IMG/VR virus record: IMGVR_UViG_3300046103_001452
Span: 1-32,244 of that record
Reading direction: 5' to 3' (one strand)
Source: a virus
Taxonomy: Duplodnaviria; Caudoviricetes
Length of the DNA stretch: 32,244 nucleotides
A model generated the notes under the pieces. The model was not told where the DNA came from. It worked only from the letters and a program-made list of their open reading frames with translations, and did no database searches. Shown one piece after another: positions 19,056 through 27,893 of the stretch; positions within the stretch are counted from its first letter, which is position 1, and the number at the start of each line of letters is the position of its first letter. The position numbers and the translations under genes were made by a program.

Positions 19056-19784
19056 CTAGGAAGCAGCTTTCTCTTTCTTTGCAGCTCCATCATAATCTGA
19101 CGCTGTCAGACCACGACGAGTCAACATAGTTTTGACGCCTCTGGCAGTCTTACCGATTTGCTCTGCAATCGACTCAACTGTCATGTCAGATACATCACCG
19201 AGGTCGGCCAAAGGATCATCCTTAGCTGAACCTTTAGTGAATTCCTGACGGGGAATGGCCTCAATTTCGCCAGAACGAAGAAGGCTAAGAGCCTTGCCAC
19301 GAACACTGTTCACAGTACGGTCTAAAGTTTCTGCGATTGCTTCCACAAACGCGCCATCATTGACCATAGATACGAAGGTCTTCTCTTCCGCTGGGGAATA
19401 AGTCCTTACAGTCTCCACTTTGGGAGCTGGCTTAACGTGGTCAGTAAGTTCCATAGACAGAATCTTACCTTGGATAGACTTAGGACTAAACGCCCCGTCT
19501 TCAAAGTGAGATGCGATCTCTGCGTATGTGTACTCGCCGCTGTTGTCTTCGACAAAAGACGAGAGAGTAGCTTCTTGAGACTCGCTGAAAGCGCGTGTGG
19601 CTTTCGCAGAGGCAAGCTCTACTTCGAATCCCATTTTACGCAGTTTACTAGAAACTGACCGTGTTGTTGTTTCAAGCTGTTCTGCGGCTTCTGCTACAGA
19701 GGCTTGAGAGACAGGTGTCTCATCGCCGACAAAATTAGTAAGCGTGTCGGTACGCTCATCAGTCCACTTAGGCAGTGTTGCCAT
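19056..19784 (-). CDS. T5 D5-like DNA-binding protein / transcription regulator
   Basis: RSVSSKLRKMGF, YTYAEIA, QGKILSME, RGKALSLLR, RGVKTMLTRRGL..DYDGAAK match recalled T5 D5. Confidence 0.9.
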   Translation of the reverse strand: MATLPKWTDERTDTLTNFVGDETPVSQASVAEAAEQLETTTRSVSSKLRKMGFEVELASAKATRAFSESQEATLSSFVEDNSGEYTYAEIASHFEDGAFSPKSIQGKILSMELTDHVKPAPKVETVRTYSPAEEKTFVSMVNDGAFVEAIAETLDRTVNSVRGKALSLLRSGEIEAIPRQEFTKGSAKDDPLADLGDVSDMTVESIAEQIGKTARGVKTMLTRRGLTASDYDGAAKKEKAAS

Positions 19785-20544
19785 TGGTTGCTTCTCCTAA
19801 AAAGTTTAATAGATTGGTTACTATTGTTACGCCAGAGTCTCTGGCTTTCTTTGTTTTTGCACTCTCTATGCCACTCTCATTAACTAGAATGGTTACATCC
19901 TTGGTTACGCTGCTTTTGACATCATAACCGTGTAAGCAGAGAGCGGCTGTTGCAGCGTTCTTAGTAGGAAAACTTTTTAGTTTACCACTAATACATACTG
20001 TACCGTGTGCCTCCTGTTGTGGAGCTTTCTGCTCAAACTCAAAAGAAAACGGTAGCTTTCCTACATCACCGAAGAGCCACTCGTCTTCTAACCAATCCAT
20101 CAAACTTTCAGTTGTCTTAGCGCCCAGACCTGCTTCTTGACATTTATCTGGTGTAATCTCAGCGATACTGAGTACAGTTGCAGACAATTTCTGTGTTGCA
20201 GTCTTTCCTACTAAGGGTATACTGAAAGCGGGTAGTAATTGGTTTAGTGTTGCTTTCTTACTATTATCAATCTCAATGAGTAGCTTCTCTGTAAGAGGCT
20301 TAGAAGATAGGGCTAGCATAGTAAGATCATAGTCAAGCGAGTAAATTTCATGTATTGATGAAAGATGCAGCTTTTCTATAGTCTTAGGGCCTAACCCTTT
20401 GATCTTCAAGGTCTTAGCAAAATGCTCTATCTGTTTACTAATCTGAGCAGGACAGTATGGCTCATTACAGAATAGTAAATCATTTCTCCACACAAGAACA
20501 GTACCGCATGAACCACAAGTAGTGGGGGCTAGTATCGCTTGCAT
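19768..20544 (-). CDS. NAD-dependent DNA ligase, C-terminal subunit (Zn finger, HhH, BRCT)
   Basis: CGSC...CNEPYC, IKGLG, IPLVG, BRCT VCISG...SVTKDV...SAKTKKA. Confidence 0.93.
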   Translation of the reverse strand: MQAILAPTTCGSCGTVLVWRNDLLFCNEPYCPAQISKQIEHFAKTLKIKGLGPKTIEKLHLSSIHEIYSLDYDLTMLALSSKPLTEKLLIEIDNSKKATLNQLLPAFSIPLVGKTATQKLSATVLSIAEITPDKCQEAGLGAKTTESLMDWLEDEWLFGDVGKLPFSFEFEQKAPQQEAHGTVCISGKLKSFPTKNAATAALCLHGYDVKSSVTKDVTILVNESGIESAKTKKARDSGVTIVTNLLNFLGEATNGNTA

Positions 20545-20570
20545 TGGGACTCCTCTTGAATTGAAAGTAT

Positions 20571-20610
20571 ATTATATAGAATTTTGACGTTATTGTCAAG
20601 AACTATTTTT
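20571..20610 (-). promoter_or_regulatory. sigma70-type phage promoter between the two ligase halves
   Basis: AAAAATAGTTC-TTGACA (20599-20594), 17 nt, TATAAT (20576-20571). Confidence 0.9.
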
Positions 20611-21553
20611 AGTTAAGTCGTCGTACTATACGAGGGATAATTTCACCACTGCGTATGACCTCGACTTCGCAGCCAAGTTCTAGCCCTAGCTCGTTGATAT
20701 ATTCCATATTATGCAACGTAGCTCTGGAAACTTTTGCTTCACCTATCATGACAGGCTCTAGGAGAGCTACTGGAGTAACTACTCCAGACTTACCAGTCTG
20801 CCACACAACATCCAATAGAGTAGTAGCTACTCCGGCTTTCTGCTCTTTGAAAGCAATTGAACCCCGTGGGTGATGTGCAGTAAAGCCGCACTCATTCCAT
20901 ACTTTTAGGCTATCTATTCTGAAGACTACACCGTCTGTGGGGTAGTCAGTACAATCAAAGTAAAGGTCAGTATGAAACCCCAGCACTTCTGAGCAGTGCT
21001 GCATAACTTCTGACCAGTACCTAAATCCAGTGCTAGGCCGCATATCATGGGCTACAAACGATAGATTAGGTACTCGTTGCTTGAACTCTTCTTCAGACTT
21101 CAGATTCAATGCACCTGCTGCATAGTTTCTGGCATTAGGTATACTGCTGGGAGCTATTACTTCTCCGTCAATCTGCATCAAGGTTTGACGACTGATTTCA
21201 TTGGCAACTAAGTGTTTGATGTTATTAGTTATATCAACACCTTTAACACCGTCACCACGGCTAGTAGCTCGAACGAGTACTCCATTGTTATAAAAAAGAG
21301 AAACGGCTGCACCGTCAAGTTTGGCAGTGTCGATAACATAGTTATCCCCAATCCAAGCTGTGACTTCCTCCATAGAAAAAGATTTCTGTAGGGAGTACAA
21401 CGGATAGAGATGCCTAATACTCTCTCTAGGGGTGTACCCTACAGTCTGATTGTCATCAAGAAGATCCCACTCATAGTCATCGAGAGGGCTAGTGCCTTCT
21501 TCGTAGTAGAGTTTTGCTATCTTATTGCGGTAGTCTTCACCGATGTCGCTCAT
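20609..21553 (-). CDS. ligA: NAD-dependent DNA ligase, N-terminal subunit (adenylation + OB)
   Basis: YY...DYEWD, KLDG, SRGDG, RNYAAG, TDGVV, ATLHN, RSGEIIP. Confidence 0.95.
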   Translation of the reverse strand: MSDIGEDYRNKIAKLYYEEGTSPLDDYEWDLLDDNQTVGYTPRESIRHLYPLYSLQKSFSMEEVTAWIGDNYVIDTAKLDGAAVSLFYNNGVLVRATSRGDGVKGVDITNNIKHLVANEISRQTLMQIDGEVIAPSSIPNARNYAAGALNLKSEEEFKQRVPNLSFVAHDMRPSTGFRYWSEVMQHCSEVLGFHTDLYFDCTDYPTDGVVFRIDSLKVWNECGFTAHHPRGSIAFKEQKAGVATTLLDVVWQTGKSGVVTPVALLEPVMIGEAKVSRATLHNMEYINELGLELGCEVEVIRSGEIIPRIVRRLN

Positions 21554-21581
21554 TTGTTCTTTCTCTCATTTATTTAAAGAT

Positions 21582-21620
21582 ATTATACAGAAGAATAGGG
21601 AAAAAGTCAAGAACTATTTC
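21582..21620 (-). promoter_or_regulatory. sigma70-type phage promoter
   Basis: AAATAGTTC-TTGACT (21610-21605), 17 nt, TATAAT (21587-21582). Confidence 0.85.
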
Positions 21621-21931
21621 AGACTATCTTCCGGATAAATCTCTCTAATGAGATCACCGAAGTTTTCTTCAATGATTTGGCGAGACTCGGCTAACGATAT
21701 TATTTCTGTTAAAGCGCGGAATAGCTCTTTAGAATTGTTGAAGTCAAGAGGGAAAGCTATTCCTTTTGGGGTAGGCTTCCATTCCTCTGTAAAGTCCATG
21801 TAGTACTTACGAACGTGTAGATATTCTACCCCCCGAAAAGTATTAACAGTGACTCTAACTTGCTCCTGTTTCACCTCATCATAATGAATTACATGCTCAT
21901 ATACCTCAACAGGCTCTGTTAAGTCAATCAT
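21614..21931 (-). CDS. PC4/YdbC-like ssDNA-binding protein
   Basis: VNTFRGVEYLHVRKYY...WKPTPKGI is the PC4 signature. Confidence 0.85.
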   Translation of the reverse strand: MIDLTEPVEVYEHVIHYDEVKQEQVRVTVNTFRGVEYLHVRKYYMDFTEEWKPTPKGIAFPLDFNNSKELFRALTEIISLAESRQIIEENFGDLIREIYPEDSLK

Positions 21932-22194
21932 ATGTCATTCTTTAAGATGGATGATAAAGGTACTACGCTTGTGATATTAAAAGGTTTCAACAGACGATAT
22001 GAGTCTGTATCCCAACAGAACAGTAGTAACGTACTGCTGGATTCTTTCGCTCTATTTTTCTTGCTCTGAATATAAGGCGTACTAAAGTCCAACGTGCAAA
22101 CATTGTACTTTAGTTTTTTTGAGTTCTCACTACGATAAGTAATGATAGCGTCGCCATACTCCGTCACAAGAGAGGCTAGTTCTTCCTTTTTCAC
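21928..22194 (-). CDS. conserved T5-like hypothetical protein
   Basis: GTG with AAGGAG SD; T5 position downstream of D3. Confidence 0.75.
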   Translation of the reverse strand: MKKEELASLVTEYGDAIITYRSENSKKLKYNVCTLDFSTPYIQSKKNRAKESSSTLLLFCWDTDSYRLLKPFNITSVVPLSSILKNDI

Positions 22195-22257
22195 TAAGAC
22201 TCCTTAGGTTTAGGTGGGTAAAATCTTTTACATTCCTACACTCTAAAGGGTGGTAGT

Positions 22258-22271
22258 GCCCCCGAAGGGGC
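22258..22271 (-). other. C(UUCG)G tetraloop hairpin after D3
   Basis: GCCCC-TTCG-GGGGC on the minus strand; no U-tract. Confidence 0.6.
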
Positions 22272-22279
22272 GGGTGATA

Positions 22280-22711
22280 CTAGTCTGTGATTAGTGTGGT
22301 GAAGTACTGTGCAGCTTTGCCAGTCAACTTGGATACGATATCCATGTCCACTTCTTTCTCTGCGGCTCTAATAGCTTCTACAAGTGCGTCCTGGGCGTCT
22401 TGCTTAGATACTCTTGTACTAGGAGCTTTAGCGTTACCACCAGATGCGGCTGCGGCTGGAGCTTTCTTGATATAGACACCAGCTTTGCTAAGAATCATGC
22501 GAACCCCATTAGGGCTTTCATTTAACTCATCAGCTATCTCTTTTACAATCTCCATTGAGTTTTCTGAAGTTGGAGCTTGTGCTTCATACATTTCTACTGC
22601 TTGTGCTTTCTTGTCGTCATCCCACGGCATTCTGCGGTTCCTTGTTTTAGTTTTTATTCCTGGGCAAGTGCCCAGCTTATCTAGTTGCTGCTGGTAAAAT
22701 CGGTCGCCCAT
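22280..22711 (-). CDS. T5 D3-like DNA-binding protein (start 22711; alternative 22630)
   Basis: SMEIVKEIA..ESPNGVRMILSKAGVYIKK and KLTGKAA. The track start (22816) lies upstream of the promoter; AAGGA SD precedes 22711. Confidence 0.85.
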   Translation of the reverse strand: MGDRFYQQQLDKLGTCPGIKTKTRNRRMPWDDDKKAQAVEMYEAQAPTSENSMEIVKEIADELNESPNGVRMILSKAGVYIKKAPAAAASGGNAKAPSTRVSKQDAQDALVEAIRAAEKEVDMDIVSKLTGKAAQYFTTLITD

Positions 22712-22735
22712 CGGTTTCCTTAAATTTGAAATGAT

Positions 22736-22775
22736 ATTATATCGCGAAATAACATTTCTGTCAAGAATTATTTTT
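22736..22775 (-). promoter_or_regulatory. sigma70-type phage promoter
   Basis: AAAAATAATTC-TTGACA (22764-22759), 17 nt, TATAAT (22741-22736). Confidence 0.9.
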
Positions 22776-22876
22776 CTATAGTAGCCAATTAAACATTCGT
22801 GACTGGTGCATATCAAATAAAATTTCTGTGATATGTAGGCCTACTTCGAGGTACAGCAACATCAATATTGTTTTTA

Positions 22877-23095
22877 TTACTCTGAACTCTTCCATTCTAT
22901 TATGCTATCCTTTACGATGTCTTCATACATCTTTGTCTTAGTGGATACTACTACCAGTTTATCACTGTAGTTATTACTAGGTGCGTCATAACCTCCTATC
23001 AAAGTATAGTGTCCTTCGTGCTCTCTATCCGAGGTTACACTTTTATACTTTATATAGCAGGTTCCGCTTCTAAGGGCTGCCATTAATTCATTCAT
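22877..23095 (-). CDS. hypothetical protein
   Basis: 72-aa ORF coupled to D2 by an ATGA overlap. Confidence 0.7.
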   Translation of the reverse strand: MNELMAALRSGTCYIKYKSVTSDREHEGHYTLIGGYDAPSNNYSDKLVVVSTKTKMYEDIVKDSIIEWKSSE

Positions 23096-23733
23096 ATCTT
23101 ACTTAAGTTAACTCCATGCTCCTCTAAGTGAGAGAGCCTACCCAGCTCACAGGCTAGGACATACGCATAGAAGCCGCCTACAGTTTCCTCGGATTTCTCT
23201 AGGATATATACTCTGTAGCCCTTGCTTTCATACTTGTTCTTTACTTCTACTTCCTCATCAACTATTGCAGGAGCGTGGTAAGCTGCTGACCATACCTTTT
23301 CTCCCGCAAAGAACTCTGTAGACACACAGCTATCAGGGATAATAGAGGGCGCTGTACGTTCTTCTACGCTCACAGGTCGTTGTGGTACTCCTACTCTATC
23401 GAGTATAGCACGCACGAAGCCTGACGAGCGATATAACCCCGCTGCTATTTCGGAGACAGATGCTCCCTGCAAATAAAACGTGATAGCTTCTGTTATTTCG
23501 TACGATGCTGCTCTTTTTCCTTTATTCGTGGCCTTCCGTTCTGCTACATACGCTTTACGTTCTTGGTACTCTACTATAATCTTATTCAACCTCGCTGTAT
23601 TATACGAGATATTTAGTATTTCACATGCCTCCTTTTTGGTGATGGGTTTCTCGTTCTTTGATAACAAGCCTACCACGTTCTCTATATTTTGCGCAGTCAG
23701 GTTCTCGTAATCCTTCTTCTTCACTCTCGCCAA
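23092..23733 (-). CDS. T5 D2-like DNA-binding protein
   Basis: TKKEACEIL, YLQGAS.SEIA..LYRS, GEKVW, HLEEHGV match recalled T5 D2. Confidence 0.85.
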   Translation of the reverse strand: MARVKKKDYENLTAQNIENVVGLLSKNEKPITKKEACEILNISYNTARLNKIIVEYQERKAYVAERKATNKGKRAASYEITEAITFYLQGASVSEIAAGLYRSSGFVRAILDRVGVPQRPVSVEERTAPSIIPDSCVSTEFFAGEKVWSAAYHAPAIVDEEVEVKNKYESKGYRVYILEKSEETVGGFYAYVLACELGRLSHLEEHGVNLSKI

Positions 23734-24019
23734 TTAATTCATCCTCCAATTTAAACATTAAACAACATATAGCATGTGCTAGGTGAGACAGTCCTGTCTC
23801 TTCATCTGCGTCTTCCCCATCTATGTGAGCGAATATGTGACGCAACGCTGCACTACTATAGCGATTCTGTAGATCATCTACTTTCCTCCAGTTATGGGGG
23901 TCGTACTTCTCTGCTCCAAATGTAAGTACTTTTCCTACTTCATTTATGGACTTAGGGGGAAGTAGATAGAGTTTAGGCTTACCACTATCATACTTCTTAC
24001 CGTGTGATTCTTTGCTCAT
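23621..24019 (-). CDS. dATP/dGTP diphosphohydrolase-domain protein (DUF5664-like)
   Basis: GKKYDSGKP, GAEKY..HNW, AALRH, DEETGLSHLAHA; start reassigned to MSKES (24019). Confidence 0.85.
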   Translation of the reverse strand: MSKESHGKKYDSGKPKLYLLPPKSINEVGKVLTFGAEKYDPHNWRKVDDLQNRYSSAALRHIFAHIDGEDADEETGLSHLAHAICCLMFKLEDELIGESEEEGLREPDCAKYRERGRLVIKERETHHQKGGM

Positions 24020-24569
24020 ACTCTGCCTCTTCTTCAGACCACCAAGGTGGCTTATCCCTATACTTCCAGGAAGCAAAGGTCGCTTTATCTTTATGGTAAA
24101 ACTTACGGTACGCTTCTACTGTGTCTCTCCCTTTGAGCTCATCGGGCATGGCTTGAGCAAAATCAGTGAGTCCACTTCGTGGTAAGCTAATTGGTGATGG
24201 TAGTTTAAGTATAACTTCATGCACCGATTTATGTGATTTTCCGTATCTATATCCGTATTCGTCGTTGAGGGTGAGGGCATAGCAGAATAACCACTCGTAG
24301 TTATCCAGAGAAGTTCTAGCCCAAATGGTACAAGGATGATTATACATAGTAGGAAGATAAGGGAAGTCTCTAATAGCGTTTGTTTTTGCTGCTTTAACGA
24401 CTGCCCACTCTTCCTTAGTAAGTTTTCTAGGAACGAACCCAATGTATTTCTCTATCCAGTGATTTGTGCAGAGCATCTGCGCAGCTTCTAGCGGCATCTT
24501 TACGATGTGCTTATCTACGTGATACTCTGCACACTTCTCTAAGTCTTTGTCTAGTATAAAAATATTCAC
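23997..24569 (-). CDS. denV: pyrimidine-dimer DNA glycosylase / endonuclease V family
   Basis: MNIFILD...DKHIVKMPLEAAQML, NHPCTIW, EYGYRYGKSH, QAMPDE, AYRKFY. Confidence 0.82.
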   Translation of the reverse strand: MNIFILDKDLEKCAEYHVDKHIVKMPLEAAQMLCTNHWIEKYIGFVPRKLTKEEWAVVKAAKTNAIRDFPYLPTMYNHPCTIWARTSLDNYEWLFCYALTLNDEYGYRYGKSHKSVHEVILKLPSPISLPRSGLTDFAQAMPDELKGRDTVEAYRKFYHKDKATFASWKYRDKPPWWSEEEAEYEQRITR

Positions 24570-25075
24570 TAAACTAAGTTTAGTTGCTTTATTACTGCTA
24601 AAGTGTCTGCGTCTGTTACAGTACGTTCAAGAGTACACCAAGGTTGAGCTGAAAGAACTACGAATAGCTTTTTAGCCCAGGCTTCTTCTCTGATATCTGA
24701 GGAGGAACGTGCTACTGTCTTCTTCTTTACAGAGGGAACGGCTTCTGGTTTACAGTCCATCTCTTCTCTCATAAGACTTTTAATAAGTATGAGAAATTTA
24801 CCCTTGAGACAACCAGCTCCTGCTCCTCTAATATCTGTAACATCGTACCCTGTTTCTTTAGCTATGAATTTTGAAATATGAGAACTATGAGCAGAGAAAC
24901 CTAACTGCTTTTGAACTTCTACTTGAGTCTTATACCTCCATATGAACTCTAGAACTTCCTGTACACTAACACCTAAGTTAATATCTCTGCTATTTCTTAC
25001 ATGATCTGGAATAGCCTCTAAGAGCCACTCTAGCTCTGCTTTACTTTCCGGTATATTATCCAACTTCATTACCAT
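24569..25075 (-). CDS. hypothetical protein, possible HTH
   Basis: 168-aa ORF with AGGAAG SD behind its own promoter; TQVEVQKQLGFS. Confidence 0.7.
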   Translation of the reverse strand: MVMKLDNIPESKAELEWLLEAIPDHVRNSRDINLGVSVQEVLEFIWRYKTQVEVQKQLGFSAHSSHISKFIAKETGYDVTDIRGAGAGCLKGKFLILIKSLMREEMDCKPEAVPSVKKKTVARSSSDIREEAWAKKLFVVLSAQPWCTLERTVTDADTLAVIKQLNLV

Positions 25076-25139
25076 TGCACTTCCTTTTAAGTGTGTTAAA
25101 ATTTAAAATTAAAAAGTTACACTTTAATTTATAGAAGAT

Positions 25140-25178
25140 ATTATACAGAAGTTTTGTTTATTTGTCAAGGATTATTTT
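25140..25178 (-). promoter_or_regulatory. sigma70-type phage promoter
   Basis: AAAATAATCC-TTGACA (25168-25163), 17 nt, TATAAT (25145-25140). Confidence 0.88.
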
Positions 25179-25237
25179 CCGTATGTTTGTATGTTTACGA
25201 ATCTTTCTCTTTGTTGGCAAATACACCGTTAATTAAG

Positions 25238-25903
25238 CTAATCCTCAAAGGCTTTTATTACACTCGGAAAGTGTGTGCCTATTATATCCCAGCACAATTC
25301 TGCTATCTCCTGGTGCTCTTTCTGTGTGCCGTTTGCCATCCGCAATTGGCAGTAGTGTATCCAACTACGCAGAGTTCCGGCCATGTACAGTGTAGTACCT
25401 GTTAGCCCTTCGGGAAGAGCTGCTCGTGCTTGCTCCTTTGCAATGCCACGTCCCAAAGCCCACTCGTACACTTCTCTTGACTTCCGCAGAACTTCCTGCT
25501 GTTTCAAGTACCAAAGGTCGGCCAGCTTCTTAGACTCTATGTTAGAGATGTCAATTTCTACACTGTTCTGCCGGTTCTTAGGGTCTTGCAGTCTTGTCTC
25601 CCTTGTCTCAAATGTGTCCGACACTGCATACCGTTGGCTGAATTCCTGATAGGAAAAGCTACGGTGACGTACTATCTGATGGGAGATGTCTCTGGTTGTC
25701 TGGATCTCCATAGTAATAGATACCATTTCGAAGGGACTCCAGTGGTCATTCTTGATTAGGTACTTGAGCAACCCCGCTGCGGTTTTGGGGTTGTTCTGGT
25801 TCCCTGGGTTACTTACTCTAGCACAGTAGGCTACAAACTCGTCTGCTCCATGTGTCCCTGTAATTGCTGATGGTGTACTTAAAGAAACTAATTGTACTTT
25901 CAC
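25238..25903 (-). CDS. thyX: flavin-dependent thymidylate synthase
   Basis: ARVS, HWSPFE, RHRSFSYQEFSQRY, EQARAALP, TQKEH. Confidence 0.97.
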   Translation of the reverse strand: MKVQLVSLSTPSAITGTHGADEFVAYCARVSNPGNQNNPKTAAGLLKYLIKNDHWSPFEMVSITMEIQTTRDISHQIVRHRSFSYQEFSQRYAVSDTFETRETRLQDPKNRQNSVEIDISNIESKKLADLWYLKQQEVLRKSREVYEWALGRGIAKEQARAALPEGLTGTTLYMAGTLRSWIHYCQLRMANGTQKEHQEIAELCWDIIGTHFPSVIKAFED

Positions 25904-26347
25904 TTAGGCTACGTTCTCCATTCTAATCATTAATCTTTCAGCGCGATTTGTGACTTGCTTATGCCAACGAGAATCCCGCCCCTCTACTGCTGCTTGTTTC
26001 CAGTCTTGTTCATACAATGCCCGACTGAAGTTCTTGAACTTCGACAGGCGTGGCCTGCCCATATTAAACATCATGTTGATCAGTATCTCTCGCACTTCTT
26101 GGGGTGCGCTATCGAACCAAGGGTAGAGGATAACACACTCATCAGACGCTGTCTGTAAGTCTCGCTCTAAACATTCCTCGACTCTTTCCTTAGATACACT
26201 AGCGCCTACTTCCATGTGGAACTCTGGGTCTACCCTTAATATGAGGTGTCCAACCCCGAAAGTAGGATAGCCTAGATGATCTTTATAGACTTCATACACT
26301 ACACCTTCATCTGAGGTGATTTGAGCTTTTAAGTTTTCTGTTATCAT
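25904..26347 (-). CDS. T4-type (GH24) lysozyme / endolysin
   Basis: DEGVVYEVYKDHLGYPTFGVGH (E-D-T triad), NMMFNMG, SRWHKQVTNRAER; start MITENL. Confidence 0.92.
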   Translation of the reverse strand: MITENLKAQITSDEGVVYEVYKDHLGYPTFGVGHLILRVDPEFHMEVGASVSKERVEECLERDLQTASDECVILYPWFDSAPQEVREILINMMFNMGRPRLSKFKNFSRALYEQDWKQAAVEGRDSRWHKQVTNRAERLMIRMENVA

Positions 26348-26658
26348 ATTGAAAAAGTTTTCCCACAACCACAACGCGCTTTCTCTAACGGGTTAATGAA
26401 CTCAAAACCTTCATTAAGCCCCTGCTTCTGATAGTCTAGTGTGATTCCTTCCAGTAAGGCACTGGCCTTTGGATCCATTAGTACTGAAAAATCATCGTAC
26501 TTATTTACAGTGTCCTCTTCATTAACTGTATCCGCAAACTCTAGCTTATAAGCATAGCCGTTGCATCCAGTAGTTTCGACACCTATACGAATACCTACAC
26601 CTCTGCCACGCTTGGACAAATGATGCTTGATCTTCTCTTTTGCTGTATCTGTTACCAT
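26344..26658 (-). CDS. iscA: A-type Fe-S carrier protein (IscA/HesB family)
   Basis: RIGVETTGCNGYAY, LDYQKQGLNEGFEFINP, CGCGKTF. Confidence 0.96.
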   Translation of the reverse strand: MVTDTAKEKIKHHLSKRGRGVGIRIGVETTGCNGYAYKLEFADTVNEEDTVNKYDDFSVLMDPKASALLEGITLDYQKQGLNEGFEFINPLEKARCGCGKTFSI

Positions 26659-27161
26659 TACTCACCTCCAAGAAACTTAGGTAACTTAAACTTACTTTTT
26701 ATAGTTTCTTCAAACTCTTCTTGGTTAGGAACAGTACTCTGGTCAGCCTGCAGCTCATCATTCTTCTCAAGCCACTCCTCTGCATCGTCTGCTGCATCTG
26801 TAGCAGCTCTGTAATACAGAATTATTTCTTTTTGCTGCCTTATGAACCTACGAATTTCTTGAAGGTTATAAGCCATACTCTCATATCCTGTGGGAGTGAG
26901 AGCTATAACTACGAAGTCTCCACCTAATAATTCTTCTACTCTCTCTACTGCCTCTTCATAGTTCTCTTTGGTGATAACGAACCAAGTTACATCCTGCATG
27001 GATATCTCTTGGGGTAGGGGCGGTTGGTAGATATCCAACTTCACCTCTGTTGTTATTACTTGAACAGGCGGGGGAGGTGTAAAATCTATTTTAGGTAGAA
27101 CACTACATCCACTACTTAGTAGTATCGTAAGACAACTCGTCGCTAGTATCGTCTGCTTCAT
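26658..27161 (-). CDS. lipoprotein, probable o-spanin (Rz1-like)
   Basis: Signal peptide ending LLSSG-C, Pro-rich TPPPPV; overlaps an upstream coiled-coil membrane gene. Confidence 0.72.
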   Translation of the reverse strand: MKQTILATSCLTILLSSGCSVLPKIDFTPPPPVQVITTEVKLDIYQPPLPQEISMQDVTWFVITKENYEEAVERVEELLGGDFVVIALTPTGYESMAYNLQEIRRFIRQQKEIILYYRAATDAADDAEEWLEKNDELQADQSTVPNQEEFEETIKSKFKLPKFLGGE

Positions 27162-27564
27162 CTAATTCCCTGCTATCTGCTTCCACTTGACGGAATACCT
27201 TCGCCGTCCCACTGTTAATCTTTGGTTCCATGTACCCAGGCCTAGCTCTCGCAGTCTTAGTGAGGTTGTGCCTCTTAAAGATGCTAAGGTACTGTGTCTT
27301 ATCTTTCTCCAATGAGCTATTCTTCTGGGTAAGATCAGCGAAGGCTTGTGCTTGCTCCTTCATCTGCTTCTCCATTCTAGTAATAGTACTCTCATTGGTA
27401 GCTGCAGCCGTTTGAAGGGCTACATTTTGTTGAGTTAGGGACGCTATTTGCATCTGCAATTGAGTAATAGTATTATCCTTTTCAGTTACTACTACTTTAT
27501 GGTACGCAAAGGCTCCTCCGCCTACTATTACTGCAAGTCCCATCGCCTGTATCATTCCAAACAT
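27112..27564 (-). CDS. probable i-spanin (Rz-like)
   Basis: N-terminal TM helix followed by a long coiled coil; upstream of the lipoprotein and endolysin. Confidence 0.72.
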   Translation of the reverse strand: MFGMIQAMGLAVIVGGGAFAYHKVVVTEKDNTITQLQMQIASLTQQNVALQTAAATNESTITRMEKQMKEQAQAFADLTQKNSSLEKDKTQYLSIFKRHNLTKTARARPGYMEPKINSGTAKVFRQVEADSRELDEADDTSDELSYDTTK

Positions 27565-27609
27565 ATTATTATCCAGTTAGTAGAAACCTTTATGTTTCTA
27601 GCTTGGCAC

Positions 27610-27756
27610 TCAGTCGTCAACTTCTATCATTCCTTTTTCTATTAGATAGTCGACCGCGCCCTCTATTCCAACTCTTTTTCCCAGATGCCAGCAAGTAAGA
27701 CCACTTCCTATCATACAGAAAGTAAATATTATAAAGCCTGCTACTGTAGTTTCCAT
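27610..27756 (-). CDS. small single-TM protein, 48 aa (METTVAGFIIFTFCMIGSGLTCWHLGKRVGIEGAVDYLIEKGMIEVDD)
   Basis: GGAG SD; first gene after promoter 27795-27823; not in the ORF track. Confidence 0.75.
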   Translation of the reverse strand: METTVAGFIIFTFCMIGSGLTCWHLGKRVGIEGAVDYLIEKGMIEVDD

Positions 27757-27794
27757 GCTGGATCTCCGTACTATTGTTATTTTCAGAAGTGTAT

Positions 27795-27833
27795 ATTATA
27801 TCGGAAAAGAACTTCCATGTCAAGAAACATTTT
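27795..27833 (-). promoter_or_regulatory. sigma70-type promoter for the lysis/iscA/thyX operon
   Basis: TTGACA (27823-27818), 17 nt, TATAAT (27800-27795). Confidence 0.88.
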
Positions 27834-27846
27834 TGTAATGTGCAGT

Positions 27847-27887
27847 AAAAAATAGTTCTTGACATCAACGTTATTCTTTAGTATAAT
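27847..27887 (+). promoter_or_regulatory. sigma70-type promoter, divergent
   Basis: AAAAAATAGTTC-TTGACA (27859-27864), 17 nt, TATAAT (27882-27887); ATG follows after 6 nt. Confidence 0.9.
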
Positions 27888-27893
27888 AATCCC

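Noticed and set aside
19768-21553. Split NAD ligase as a pseudogene or novelty
   Set aside because: A two-gene ligase is the normal T5-like arrangement; both halves are intact.
23621-24019. Z-genome or 7-deazaguanine modification system
   Set aside because: Only the diphosphohydrolase domain is present; no pathway genes in the window.
3803-26927. Many short antisense or alternate-frame ORFs inside core genes
   Set aside because: Fully nested in well-supported genes, with no recognisable motifs.
27617-27868. 83-aa track ORF
   Set aside because: Spans two promoters; the 48-aa ORF in another frame has the SD.
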